DNA from: an uncultured Candidatus Rokubacteria bacterium
GTDB lineage: Bacteria; Methylomirabilota; Methylomirabilia; Rokubacteriales; DASRDR01
Reading direction: 5' to 3'
Length of the DNA stretch: 64,000 nt
Assembly (NCBI GenBank): GCA_963805625.1
Contig: CAWDVE010000019.1
Location: forward strand, 576,001-640,000
Shown piece by piece: positions 55,489-64,000 of this stretch. Below the pieces are notes generated by a model. The model worked only from the letters and a program-made list of their open reading frames with translations, searched no databases and was not told the origin of the DNA. Made by a program: the position numbers and the translations under genes. The first letter of the stretch is position 1. Each line of letters starts with the position of its first letter.

Positions 55489-56459
55489 GGCGATCCAGCT
55501 CCGTGGCGGCTCTGATGGGCGTTCGGCGAGTCCGGTGGTGGGCGGCGCTCCTCGCGAGCGCCTTCGTCCTCGCGGGCTGTGCCGGCGCCGCGCCTTCGCC
55601 AGCGGCGGACAATCGAAAGCGGCTCGCCTTCGGGCCCGATGCGGATCTCGAAGCCACGGCCCGGCTGGTCGCGGCTCGCGCCGGGAGCGCCGAGGTGGTG
55701 TACCTCGGAGAGCTTCACGACAACCCGCAGCACCACGCCATCCAGGCCCGGATCCTCGCGGCCTTGCTCGCGGCCGGCGCCCGCCCCGCGCTCGCGTTCG
55801 AGATGGTCCCGGAGACCCGGCAGGCGGCACTGGAGGCCGCGGTCCAGGGCGACGCGGGCCAGGCCGAGGTCGATCGGTTGATCGGCTGGAGCGCCCAGGG
55901 CTGGCCCGACTTCACCATGTACTGGCCTCTCTTCGAGCTCGCGCGGAAGCACCACCTCCCCGTCGTGGGAACGGATGTGGACCCCGCCGTCGTCCGTCGG
56001 ATCGGTCGTGACGGCCTCGGCGCCGCGGGACCGGATCCCGCGCGGCTCCGCTCGGCTCTCCCGGATGATCCGATGCGGGACCAGGCGATCGCGCGGCGGC
56101 TCCGGGCGGCCCACTGCGACCAGATCACCGAGGATCGCGCGATCCGGATGCTCGAGGGCTGGTACGCGCGCAACGTGGTCATCGCGCGGCGCGTGAGTGG
56201 CGGCCTGGAGCGGGCGTCCCAGGTCGTCGTGATCATCGGGCGCGGTCACCAGTCGCCGGGCGGCGTGCCGGAGCAGCTCGCTGCCCTCCGCCCCGGGACC
56301 CGTCAGCTCGCGGTCGGCCTCTTCGAGGGCGAGGCCGACGGGACCACCGAGCCCCTGTCCGACATCGTGTGGGTGACGCCGGCCCGCCCGCGTGTCAACC
56401 CCTGCCTCTCCCTCCCCCAGCGCCTCGGGGGACTCACCCGAGAAGGAGCGACGCAATGA
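55485..56459 (+). CDS. ChaN family lipoprotein
   Basis: Lipobox 'LAGC'; 'YLGELHDNP.HH..Q', 'LAFEM', 'GWP.F.MY.PLF', 'G.GH....GVP'. Confidence 0.85.
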   Translation: MRRSSSVAALMGVRRVRWWAALLASAFVLAGCAGAAPSPAADNRKRLAFGPDADLEATARLVAARAGSAEVVYLGELHDNPQHHAIQARILAALLAAGARPALAFEMVPETRQAALEAAVQGDAGQAEVDRLIGWSAQGWPDFTMYWPLFELARKHHLPVVGTDVDPAVVRRIGRDGLGAAGPDPARLRSALPDDPMRDQAIARRLRAAHCDQITEDRAIRMLEGWYARNVVIARRVSGGLERASQVVVIIGRGHQSPGGVPEQLAALRPGTRQLAVGLFEGEADGTTEPLSDIVWVTPARPRVNPCLSLPQRLGGLTREGATQ

Positions 56460-58096
56460 CCGGTGGCGACGCGCTCGTCCAGACCCTGCTCGCCCACGGC
56501 GTCACCCAGGGCTTCGGCGTTCCAGGTGAGAGCTACCTCGCCGTCCTCGAGGGGCTCCGCCGCGAGCGGGCGCGCTTCCGCCTGGTCGTCACCCGTCACG
56601 AGTCGGGCGCGACCTTCGCGGCCGAGGCGTACGGCAAGCTCGCGCGGCGTCCGGCGGCCGCCTTCGTCACCCGCGGCCCGGGGGCGACCAACGCCGCGAT
56701 CGGGATCCACACGGCGATGCAGGACTCGACGCCCGTCCTCCTCTTCGTCGGCCACGTCCCGACCCACGCCAAGGGGCGCGAGGCGTTCCAGGAGATCGAC
56801 TACCACCGCATGTACGCGCCCGTCGCCAAGGCGGTGCTGGAGCCGGAGTCGGGCGCCGACGTGGCCGAGTGCACGGCGCGGGCGATCCGGCTGTCCGTGG
56901 CCGGCCGCCCCGGGCCCGTCGTCGTGATCCTGCCGGAGGACGTCACCGAGGCGGGCGCGGGAGACGCCCCGATCCCGGTGTCGCCCCCGCGTCTCCGCGC
57001 CGTGCCGGCGCCGGAGGGAGTGCGGGAGGCGGCGCGTCTGGTCGCCAACGCGCGCCACCCGCTGGTGATCGCGGGCGAGATGGCGGCCTTCGAGGACGCC
57101 ACCTCGGCGCTCGTCCGGTTCGCGGAAGCGAGCGGCGCCGGCGTCGTGACGGCGTGGCGCCGCCAGGACACCTTCCCGAACGACCATCCGGCGTATCTCG
57201 GCCACTTCGGGATCGGGCGGGCGCCGTTCCAGCGCGAGGCGTGGGCGACGTGCGACGTGGTGATCGCGGCCGGCACGCGGCTCGACGACATCACGACCGA
57301 GGAGTTCACCCTCCTCCGGCCCGACCAGCGGCTCGTTCACATTCACACCGATCCTGGGATCCTCGCGCGGTGGCGGGCCGACGTGCCGCTGGCGGCGGAC
57401 ACGGGCGTGACGCTCCTCGCGCTGGCCGAGGCCCTCGGTGGTGGATCGCCGCCGCCGGCCCGCCTCGCGTGGCGCGAGCGGCTCCACGCCGAGTTCCTCG
57501 CCTTCACTCGGCCGGGGCAGGTGCCCGTGCGCGGCGCCGTCGATCCCGCGCGCGTGGTGGAGGCCGTGACGGCGGCCCTCCCGGCCGAGGCGATCGTGGT
57601 CAACGACGCGGGCAACTTCGCGGGCTGGGTGCACCGCTACCACCGCTTTCGCCTGTCGGGCACCCAGGCCGCGCCCTCCTCGGGCGCGATGGGCTACGGC
57701 GTGCCCGCGTCGATCGGCGCGAAGCTGGCCCGCCCGGACCGTCCCGTCGTGGCCTTCGTGGGAGACGGCGGGTTCCTCATGACCGGGCAGGAGCTGGTGA
57801 CGGCCGTCCAGGAGGGGCTGGCGGTGAAGGTGGTGCTGGGAGACAACGGCGCCTACGGCACCATCGCCATGCACCAGCACAAGCGCATCGGTCCGGACGG
57901 GCTCTTCGCGGTCCACCTCCGGAGTCCCGACTTCGCGGCCGTCGCGCGGGCGTACGGCGTCGCCGCGTTCGCGGTCGAGAAGACGGCGGAGTTCGCCGAC
58001 GCGTTCGCGGCCGCGTTGGCGCATCCCGGCCCCGCGCTCGTCCACGTGAAGACAGACCTCCGGGACATCTCGCCCGCGGGCCCGCTTCCGGCCTGA
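56456..58096 (+). CDS. Thiamine-diphosphate enzyme, acetolactate synthase-like
   Basis: 'GVPGESYL', 'RHE', 'TRGPGATN', 'GAMGYG', 'GDGGF...GQE...N..YGTI'. Confidence 0.9.
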   Translation: MTGGDALVQTLLAHGVTQGFGVPGESYLAVLEGLRRERARFRLVVTRHESGATFAAEAYGKLARRPAAAFVTRGPGATNAAIGIHTAMQDSTPVLLFVGHVPTHAKGREAFQEIDYHRMYAPVAKAVLEPESGADVAECTARAIRLSVAGRPGPVVVILPEDVTEAGAGDAPIPVSPPRLRAVPAPEGVREAARLVANARHPLVIAGEMAAFEDATSALVRFAEASGAGVVTAWRRQDTFPNDHPAYLGHFGIGRAPFQREAWATCDVVIAAGTRLDDITTEEFTLLRPDQRLVHIHTDPGILARWRADVPLAADTGVTLLALAEALGGGSPPPARLAWRERLHAEFLAFTRPGQVPVRGAVDPARVVEAVTAALPAEAIVVNDAGNFAGWVHRYHRFRLSGTQAAPSSGAMGYGVPASIGAKLARPDRPVVAFVGDGGFLMTGQELVTAVQEGLAVKVVLGDNGAYGTIAMHQHKRIGPDGLFAVHLRSPDFAAVARAYGVAAFAVEKTAEFADAFAAALAHPGPALVHVKTDLRDISPAGPLPA

Positions 58097-58117
58097 GCGG
58101 GCTGCCGCCGGTCCTCC

Positions 58118-58160
58118 GCGCGGCTGGCGCGCGGCTGGGCGCGGCGGGCGCGCGGCTGGG
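58118..58160. repeat. Imperfect short tandem repeat (GCGCGGCTGG-like, about 4 copies)
   Basis: ...cgcgcggctggcgcgcggctgggcgcggcgggcgcgcggctggg... between convergent stop codons. Confidence 0.55.
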
Positions 58161-58175
58161 GTCCCAGCCCTCTGG

Positions 58176-58841
58176 CTAGCAGGGCGGTGGTCGGACGGGC
58201 ACCTCCCCGTCCGGGATCGCCAGCCCGGTCAGCTTCACCTCGGTCTGACCGTCGAACGCCCGGATCCGCGCCTGCGCGAGCAGCTCGGTGAACGTCCCAG
58301 CGCCGTCGACGAATGGGGTGACCGCCGCCTTCGGCAGGAAGACGACGAGCGTTTCACCGATCGGCGGATCGCCTCCCGGCGGCTTGACCCAGGTGAGGAC
58401 GAGGCCGTAGCCCCCGACGCGAGCATCCGCGTGAATGACCTCCCGTGCAACGAGCTGTGGGAGGAGCTTCGGCGCGTAGCGACGGAAGGCCTCGGTTGCG
58501 CGAGCGCCGATGCCATCACTGGGCAAGGCTGGTTCATTGGGGATCCAGACCCACGTCGCGAGGTAGGGCAGCAGCCCTTCGATTCCGAGCGGCCGCCGGA
58601 AGCCGAGGCCGTGCTGGTGGAAGTCCAGCTCGGGCGTGCAACGTCGAACCGACTGATAGAAAGCTTGGAGCTCGCCGAGGTACGCCTGGGCCAACACCCG
58701 GCCGTCCTGGGCCTTGTACTCTGCGATCGGGAAGATCGCCTCCTCGACCGGCCGCTGGGGCCACCCGGCACGGGCTCCGAGGACCAGGATCGCGATCGTG
58801 GCCCCCGCCGCCCACCAACGGATCCGCCTTCTCATCGTCAT
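58176..58841 (-). CDS. Exported hypothetical protein
   Basis: Signal peptide 'MTMRRRIRWWAAGATIAILVLGARAG'; globular composition. Confidence 0.65.
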   Translation of the reverse strand: MTMRRRIRWWAAGATIAILVLGARAGWPQRPVEEAIFPIAEYKAQDGRVLAQAYLGELQAFYQSVRRCTPELDFHQHGLGFRRPLGIEGLLPYLATWVWIPNEPALPSDGIGARATEAFRRYAPKLLPQLVAREVIHADARVGGYGLVLTWVKPPGGDPPIGETLVVFLPKAAVTPFVDGAGTFTELLAQARIRAFDGQTEVKLTGLAIPDGEVPVRPPPC

Positions 58842-58868
58842 CTGGCCATCGTGCGACGTCCGCGTTCG

Positions 58869-59120
58869 CTAGTTCTGGAAGATCTGGTCCGGGCGCACCA
58901 CCACGGGACTCCCCCACCACGACTGGGCGGTGGCCTCCCGAGTGTCCGCGCTGGTCACCCTCGGGGTCTTGCCCTGGTTCTTGAGGGAGAACGCCATGTG
59001 GTCGCCTGACGCGAAGTGAGTCGAGTGCGACTTCCACTCCTGCCAGTCCTGGGACGCGCAGCCGGTGCCGACGACGACACCCGCGAGAAACAACAGAGCG
59101 ATCGGGATTCTAAGGCGCAT
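58869..59120 (-). CDS. Small His/Trp-rich lipoprotein
   Basis: GGAGG RBS; 'LAGVVVGTG-C', then 'WQEWKSHSTHFASGDHMAFS'. Confidence 0.7.
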   Translation of the reverse strand: MRLRIPIALLFLAGVVVGTGCASQDWQEWKSHSTHFASGDHMAFSLKNQGKTPRVTSADTREATAQSWWGSPVVVRPDQIFQN

Positions 59121-59439
59121 CGGGGACCCTCCATGGGTGAGGGAGACGAACATCGAAGGTGAGCGACCTTCCCAGCATATCCGAGAGCCGGGGACTGCCG
59201 CAATTGCCCGTCTCGCCCGCGGCCCCGCTGCCGGCCTGAGCCGGCCTGGCTCGGGAGGGTGGTCACACCCACGAACCCCGGCGCTCGGCCCATGGATCGG
59301 GACCTCCGGTCTCGAGCGTGTCGCGGCTCCTGGCGCGGTGTTGACGCCGCCGGGGCACTCTGGGAACATCGACCGCCGGGTCTGCGGCAGACCCCTCTCG
59401 ACCTCGAACGCGACCGTCCGCCAGACGAGGAGGCGCACG

Positions 59440-60693
59440 ATGAAGATGGGCAAGTGGCTCCTGGTAGCGCTCGGCTTGACGTTCGGGATCGCGGGCACCG
59501 CCGGGGCCCAGACCGTCGAGATCGAGTACTGGCAGTACACCTTCGCCCAGCGCGTGCAGGCGATCGACGAGCTCATCAAGCGCTTCGAGGCGGAGAACCC
59601 CGGCATCAAGGTCAAGCACACCCACGTGCCGTACGACGACTTCCGGCTGAAGATCGCCGCCGCGATCCCGGCGGGGCAGGGACCCGACGTGGTCCAGCTC
59701 TTCTACGGGTGGCTCCAGGACTACCTGAAAGCCAAGCTCCTGCAGCCGCTACCGTCGGAGATGTTCCCTCCGGCCGAGATCGAGCGCGATTTCTTCCCGC
59801 TGGTGAAACAGATGAAGGTCGACGGGCAGTACTACGCCGTGCCCACGGCCGTGCGCTCACTCGCCTTGTTCTGGAACAAGAAGCTGTTCGCCGAGGCCGG
59901 CCTCGACCCGGCGAAGCCGCCCCAGACCCTCGACGAGCTGCTCGACACGGCCCGGAAGCTGACCAAGCGCGACGCCGGTGGCAACCTCCTCCAGGCCGGC
60001 ATCGCGCTGGACATGGGGCTCCAGGACCATCACTGGCTGCGCGAGGTGCTGATCCGCCAGATGGGCGGCCAGCCCTACTCGGCCGACGGCCGGAGCGTCG
60101 CCTACAACACGCCGGCCGGCCACCGGGCCGTCGCCTGGTACACCGACCTCGCGACGAAGCAGAAGGTCGGCGAGTTCGGCTTCATGACCGACGGGGTCAC
60201 GGCGTTCAAGTCAGGCAAGGCCGGCCTCATGATCGACGGCTCGTTCCGCCTGGCGGCCTTCGACGCCCAGGCCGGGCTCGACTACGGGGTCGTTGAGCTG
60301 CCGACCCACCAGGGCAAGCGCTCCAACTTCGCGTCCTACTGGGTCAACGGCATCACGCCCAAGGCGACCGGCCCCAAGCGGGACGCGGCCGTGAAGTTCC
60401 TCAAGTTCATCACCACGCCCGCGGCGATGGAGCTCTGGCTCGAGAAGGTGGGTGAGCTCCCGGCCCGCAAGGCGGTGGCCGAGCGCGACTCGATTCGCAA
60501 CAATCCGAAGTACGGCGCCTTCATCCGCGGCCTCGGCTACGCCGAGGCGACCTTCTTCGTCAACGAGACCGCGCAGCGCAAGCTCTTCATGGACATGGTC
60601 GACCGCGTCGTCCTCAAGGCCCAGCCGGTGCCGGAGTCGGTCGCGCAGGCGGCAGCCGAGGAGCAGAAGCTGCTGGACGCGTTCTTCAAGTAG
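59440..60693 (+). CDS. CUT1 (sugar-type) ABC substrate-binding protein
   Basis: Signal peptide; 'FEAENPGIKV', 'GQGPDV', 'LFWNK.LF..AGL', 'F.SGKAG'; GAGGAGG RBS. Confidence 0.92.
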   Translation: MKMGKWLLVALGLTFGIAGTAGAQTVEIEYWQYTFAQRVQAIDELIKRFEAENPGIKVKHTHVPYDDFRLKIAAAIPAGQGPDVVQLFYGWLQDYLKAKLLQPLPSEMFPPAEIERDFFPLVKQMKVDGQYYAVPTAVRSLALFWNKKLFAEAGLDPAKPPQTLDELLDTARKLTKRDAGGNLLQAGIALDMGLQDHHWLREVLIRQMGGQPYSADGRSVAYNTPAGHRAVAWYTDLATKQKVGEFGFMTDGVTAFKSGKAGLMIDGSFRLAAFDAQAGLDYGVVELPTHQGKRSNFASYWVNGITPKATGPKRDAAVKFLKFITTPAAMELWLEKVGELPARKAVAERDSIRNNPKYGAFIRGLGYAEATFFVNETAQRKLFMDMVDRVVLKAQPVPESVAQAAAEEQKLLDAFFK

Positions 60694-60702
60694 GGGCTCT
60701 GA

Positions 60703-60734
60703 CGGGGCCCCGGGGGCTCGGCCCTGGGGCCCCG
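60703..60734 (+). terminator. GC-rich hairpin after the SBP gene
   Basis: CGGGGCCCCGGG...CCTGGGGCCCCG stem; no U tract. Confidence 0.5.
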
Positions 60735-60751
60735 CGCCCTCGACGCCCGCG

Positions 60752-61636
60752 ATGCTGGACCGGCTCTCTCTCCGTGCGCGGCGGACCCTTTCCGCATGGA
60801 CCTTCCTCGCGTTGCCCATCCTCTTCTATGCCGCCATTCGCTTCTACCCCACGGCCGACGCGCTCCTCACGTCCCTGACCGACTGGAACATCGTCGGCCC
60901 GCGCCGGTTCGTCGGCCTCGACAACTACCGGCGTCTCCTGACGGACCCGACCTTCTGGAAGGTGATGGGGAACACTTTCCAGTACCTGGTCGTGGGCGTC
61001 GCCGTCAGCCTCGCGCTCTCCTTTCTCATCGCCTACCACCTCGACCGGATCCGCGTCGGCCATGCGCTCCTGCGCGCGCTCTACTTCGTGCCCCACCTCA
61101 CGACCGCCGTCGCCATGGCCTGGGTCTGGCGGTGGCTCTACCAGCCGGTGCCGATCGGCGTGTTCAACGGCCTGCTGGTGTGGGCGGGCCTCCCGCAGCA
61201 GCCCTTCCTGCGCTCGACGGAGCAGGCGCTCTACGCCGTCCTGGCGCCCGCCGTCTGGGCGGGGCTCGGGTTCCAGGTCGTGATCTTCCTGGCCGGTCTG
61301 AAGGCGATCCCGCAGGAGTATTACGAGGCCGCGGCGATCGACGGCGCCGGGAGCTGGCGGACGCTCGTGGACGTGACGCTCCCGCTCCTCCGGCCGACCG
61401 TCGTCTTCTTGGTCGTCGTCAGCTCGATCGCCTTCCTCCGCATCTTCGACTACGTGTACAGCATGACGAACGGACAGGGCGGGCCGCTCGACTCGACCAA
61501 GCCGCTCGTCCTCAAGATCTACGAGACCGCCTTCGGCCACTTCCAGATGGGCTACGCCACCGCCCAGACGGTCGTCCTGTTCGTGATCCTCCTCGCCATC
61601 TCGCTCTTCCAGCTCCGGCTGCTCCGGTCCGCATGA
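60752..61636 (+). CDS. CUT1 ABC permease (MalF-like)
   Basis: 'FVGLDNY', EAA loop 'IP.EYYEAAAIDGA'. Confidence 0.92.
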   Translation: MLDRLSLRARRTLSAWTFLALPILFYAAIRFYPTADALLTSLTDWNIVGPRRFVGLDNYRRLLTDPTFWKVMGNTFQYLVVGVAVSLALSFLIAYHLDRIRVGHALLRALYFVPHLTTAVAMAWVWRWLYQPVPIGVFNGLLVWAGLPQQPFLRSTEQALYAVLAPAVWAGLGFQVVIFLAGLKAIPQEYYEAAAIDGAGSWRTLVDVTLPLLRPTVVFLVVVSSIAFLRIFDYVYSMTNGQGGPLDSTKPLVLKIYETAFGHFQMGYATAQTVVLFVILLAISLFQLRLLRSA

Positions 61637-62472
61637 GCCTCACGGTGGGGCGGGGGAGGCCGGGGCGACCGAGGCGGATGATCGTCTGGACACTCCTGTT
61701 CCTCGGCGGCGTGCTGATGGTGATGCCGTTCGTCTACATGCTGTCGACCTCGCTCAAGCAGAACGTCGAGGTGTACCAGCTGTCGCTCCTGCCCCGGTCG
61801 CCGACGCTGGCGAACTACCGCCGGCTGACCGCCGCCTCGGGGTTCCCGCGCTGGTTCCTCAACTCCCTCGTGATCGCGGTCCTCACGACGCTCTCCGTGC
61901 TGATCTTCGACAGCCTGGTGGGCTACACGCTGGCGAAGTTCCGGTTCCGCGGCCGCCGGCTCGTGTTCCTGGCCATCCTGAGCACGCTGATGATCCCGAC
62001 CGAGATGCTCGTCCTGCCCTGGTACGTCATGAGCAAGAATCTCGGCTGGCTCGACACCTACTGGGGCATCATGTTCCCGGGCATGATGACCGGGTTCGGG
62101 ACCTTCCTCATGAAGCAGTTCTTCGAGAGCGTGCCGGACGAGCTGCTGGAGGCCGCCCGGGTCGACGGGGTGGGCGAGTTCCGGATCTGGTGGCGCATCG
62201 CCATGCCTCTCGTGGCCCCGGCGCTCTCGGCGCTCGCGATCTTCACCTTCCTCGGGAACTGGACGGCCTTCCTCTGGCCCCTCATCTCCACGACGAAGCG
62301 CGAGCTCTACACGCTGCCGGTGGGGCTCGCGTCGTTCTCGGGCGAGTTCCAGACCGAGTGGGAGATGGTGATGACCGGCGCCAGCGTCGCCACTCTCCCG
62401 ATGCTCCTGGTCTTCATCGTGCTCCAGAAGTACATCGTCCGCGGCGTCATGCTGACGGGCATCAAGGGCTAG
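61633..62472 (+). CDS. CUT1 ABC permease (MalG-like)
   Basis: 'FLNS', EAA loop 'VPDELLEAARVDG', 'WTAFLWPL', 'G.MLTGIKG'. Confidence 0.92.
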   Translation: MSLTVGRGRPGRPRRMIVWTLLFLGGVLMVMPFVYMLSTSLKQNVEVYQLSLLPRSPTLANYRRLTAASGFPRWFLNSLVIAVLTTLSVLIFDSLVGYTLAKFRFRGRRLVFLAILSTLMIPTEMLVLPWYVMSKNLGWLDTYWGIMFPGMMTGFGTFLMKQFFESVPDELLEAARVDGVGEFRIWWRIAMPLVAPALSALAIFTFLGNWTAFLWPLISTTKRELYTLPVGLASFSGEFQTEWEMVMTGASVATLPMLLVFIVLQKYIVRGVMLTGIKG

Positions 62473-62473
62473 C

Positions 62474-62594
62474 GGCGTGGCCGATGACCGGCGCAGCCCG
62501 GCGTCCTCGGCCCTCGCCCATCCTCGGCGTACAGGAGTACGCCTCCGGGGGGCTCGGGCCTGCGTCCTTGGGCTGCTTGGTCCTCGACCACGCC
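62474..62594. repeat. Nested palindromic REP/MITE-like element
   Basis: Outer stem GGCGTGG/CCACGCC, inner stems GCAGCCC/GGGCTGC and GGCCC/GGGCC, apical hairpin GGCGTAC-agga-GTACGCC. Confidence 0.65.
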
Positions 62595-62656
62595 CCGGGG
62601 TGGACTGGGAAGCTCGGCAGTTCCGAACCTCGGCCGTTCGAGGATTCTAGGGACGC

Positions 62657-64000
62657 ATGAGCGGCTCGTCGGGTGAGGAGCGGTTTCCGGCGCCGGTGTA
62701 CCGCGAGACGGTGCTCGCGCCGCTCTTCGAGGGCGTGAAGCAGCACCACTGGCGGCAGCAGATGCGGATCAACCGGGCGAGCGCGATCATGCTGGCCGCG
62801 CAGGGCCTCCTCACCCGGGCCGAGGCGGGGGCGATCCTCCAGGCACTCGACGACATCGAGCGGAGCACCGACGTCCCGGCGCTCGCCTACACGGGAGAGC
62901 ACGAGGACTTCTTCTTCCTCGTCCAGACGGAGCTCGAGCGGCGACTCGGCGTCGAGACGGCGGGGAAGCTCCACACGGGGCGCAGCCGGAACGACATCGA
63001 CCACACGGTGTTCAAGATGGCGCTCAAGGAGCGCCTGGTCGTGCTGCTCGACGATCTCCTCGGGGCGATCGCGGCCCTGCTCGAGGTCGCGGAAGTGAAC
63101 CGGGGCACGCTGGTGGTGGCCTACACCCACGGCCAGCCCGCCCAGCCGACGACCTACGGGCACTACCTCGGCGCCCTCATCGAGCTCTTGCTTCGCGACG
63201 TGGAGCGCCTGCGGCTGGCGAGCCGCTACCCGGATCTCTCCAGCATGGGCGCCGCGGCGATCACGACCTCCGGCTTTCCGCTGGACCGTGCGGCGATGGC
63301 CGAGCTCCTCGGCTTCGCCGGCGTGCAGGACAACGCCTATGGCTGCATCGCCGCCAACGACTACGTCACCAGCGTGTACGGCGCGCTCCAGCTCCTCTTC
63401 ATCCATCTCGGGCGGTTCGCCCAGGATCTCAACGCCTGGACCGCATTCGAGGTGGGGCACCTCCGCGTCCCCGACGCGTACGTGCAGGTGAGCTCGATCA
63501 TGCCGCAGAAGCGGAACCCCGTCGCGGTCGAGCATCTCCGGCTCCTCTGCTCGCTCGCGGCGGGCCGGGCCGAGGCGACGCTCGCGGTGCTCCACAACAC
63601 GCCGTTCACCGACGTGAACGACGCCGAGGGCGAGGTGCAGGTGGCCGGCTACGCCGCCTTCGACGCGGGCGGCCGGGCGCTCCGGCTCCTCGCGGGATTC
63701 ATCCGCGCCGCGCGCGTGGACGAGGCGCGCGTCCGCCGCCACATCGACGAGAGCTGCATCACGGCGACCGAGCTGGCCGACTCGCTGGTGCGCGCGGAGG
63801 GCATCTCCTTCCGCCAGGCGCACGAGATCGTCTCGCGGCTCGTGCGGGGGATGCTCGGCCGCGGCGAGCGTTTTCCCACCGTTCCCTACGCGGCGTTCGC
63901 CGAGGCGTTCACCCAGATGGTGGGCCGCCCGCCCCGGCTTGGGGAAGCGGATCTTCGCCGGTACACGACGCCCGAGCACTTCGTCGCCGTGCGCACGCTC
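62657..64000 (+). CDS. Argininosuccinate lyase-family (fumarase/aspartase superfamily) lyase, truncated by the window edge
   Basis: Translated by hand from ATG 62657: 'LHTGRSRND', 'AYTHGQPAQP', 'SSIMPQKRNP', 'TELAD.LV', 'FRQAH'. Confidence 0.88.
   Translation, partial: MSGSSGEERFPAPVYRETVLAPLFEGVKQHHWRQQMRINRASAIMLAAQGLLTRAEAGAILQALDDIERSTDVPALAYTGEHEDFFFLVQTELERRLGVETAGKLHTGRSRNDIDHTVFKMALKERLVVLLDDLLGAIAALLEVAEVNRGTLVVAYTHGQPAQPTTYGHYLGALIELLLRDVERLRLASRYPDLSSMGAAAITTSGFPLDRAAMAELLGFAGVQDNAYGCIAANDYVTSVYGALQLLFIHLGRFAQDLNAWTAFEVGHLRVPDAYVQVSSIMPQKRNPVAVEHLRLLCSLAAGRAEATLAVLHNTPFTDVNDAEGEVQVAGYAAFDAGGRALRLLAGFIRAARVDEARVRRHIDESCITATELADSLVRAEGISFRQAHEIVSRLVRGMLGRGERFPTVPYAAFAEAFTQMVGRPPRLGEADLRRYTTPEHFVAVRTL

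Noticed and set aside
58097-58175. CRISPR-like array
   Set aside because: Only short, degenerate GC repeats with no spacers and no cas genes.
586-63979. Many long antisense or alternate-frame ORFs (e.g. 586-2406+, 18211-20061-, 28884-30863-, 40501-43086-, 52225-54432+, 62462-63979-)
   Set aside because: They are shadow ORFs of real genes in high-GC DNA: Arg/Pro/Gly-rich, without motifs or RBS.

Overview
High-GC, gene-dense bacterial window with about 60 genes. The gene content resembles a soil 'Ca. Rokubacteria'/Methylomirabilota genome; this is an inference, not a test. No rRNA, tRNA, CRISPR array, prophage or transposase was seen. It encodes many catabolic redox enzymes (three luciferase-like monooxygenases, an orphan CoxL/XdhA-type Mo subunit, a tungsten-family AOR with a Zn-ADH, an SDR and a D-2-hydroxyacid dehydrogenase). 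Transport and repair genes include a Liv-type ABC operon carrying an extra family-5-like binding protein, a coupled class II photolyase-TIGR01777-addB-addA operon, tesA/ybbA/ybbP, and a sugar-type ABC operon followed by an ArgH-family lyase. Signalling genes are a GAF histidine kinase, a membrane class III cyclase and a MocR regulator. The most notable signal is a small leader ORF (21859-22155, minus strand) with a hydrophobic N-terminus and a C-terminal RAPP ribosome-arrest motif; its own codons are complementary to the RBS of the downstream yjbQ. Also found: two palindromic REP/MITE-like elements, many probable leaderless genes, several catalytically degenerate enzymes, two +1 frameshifts in 4-nt G/C runs and one gene remnant. 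All assignments come from motif recognition by eye; no searches were run.
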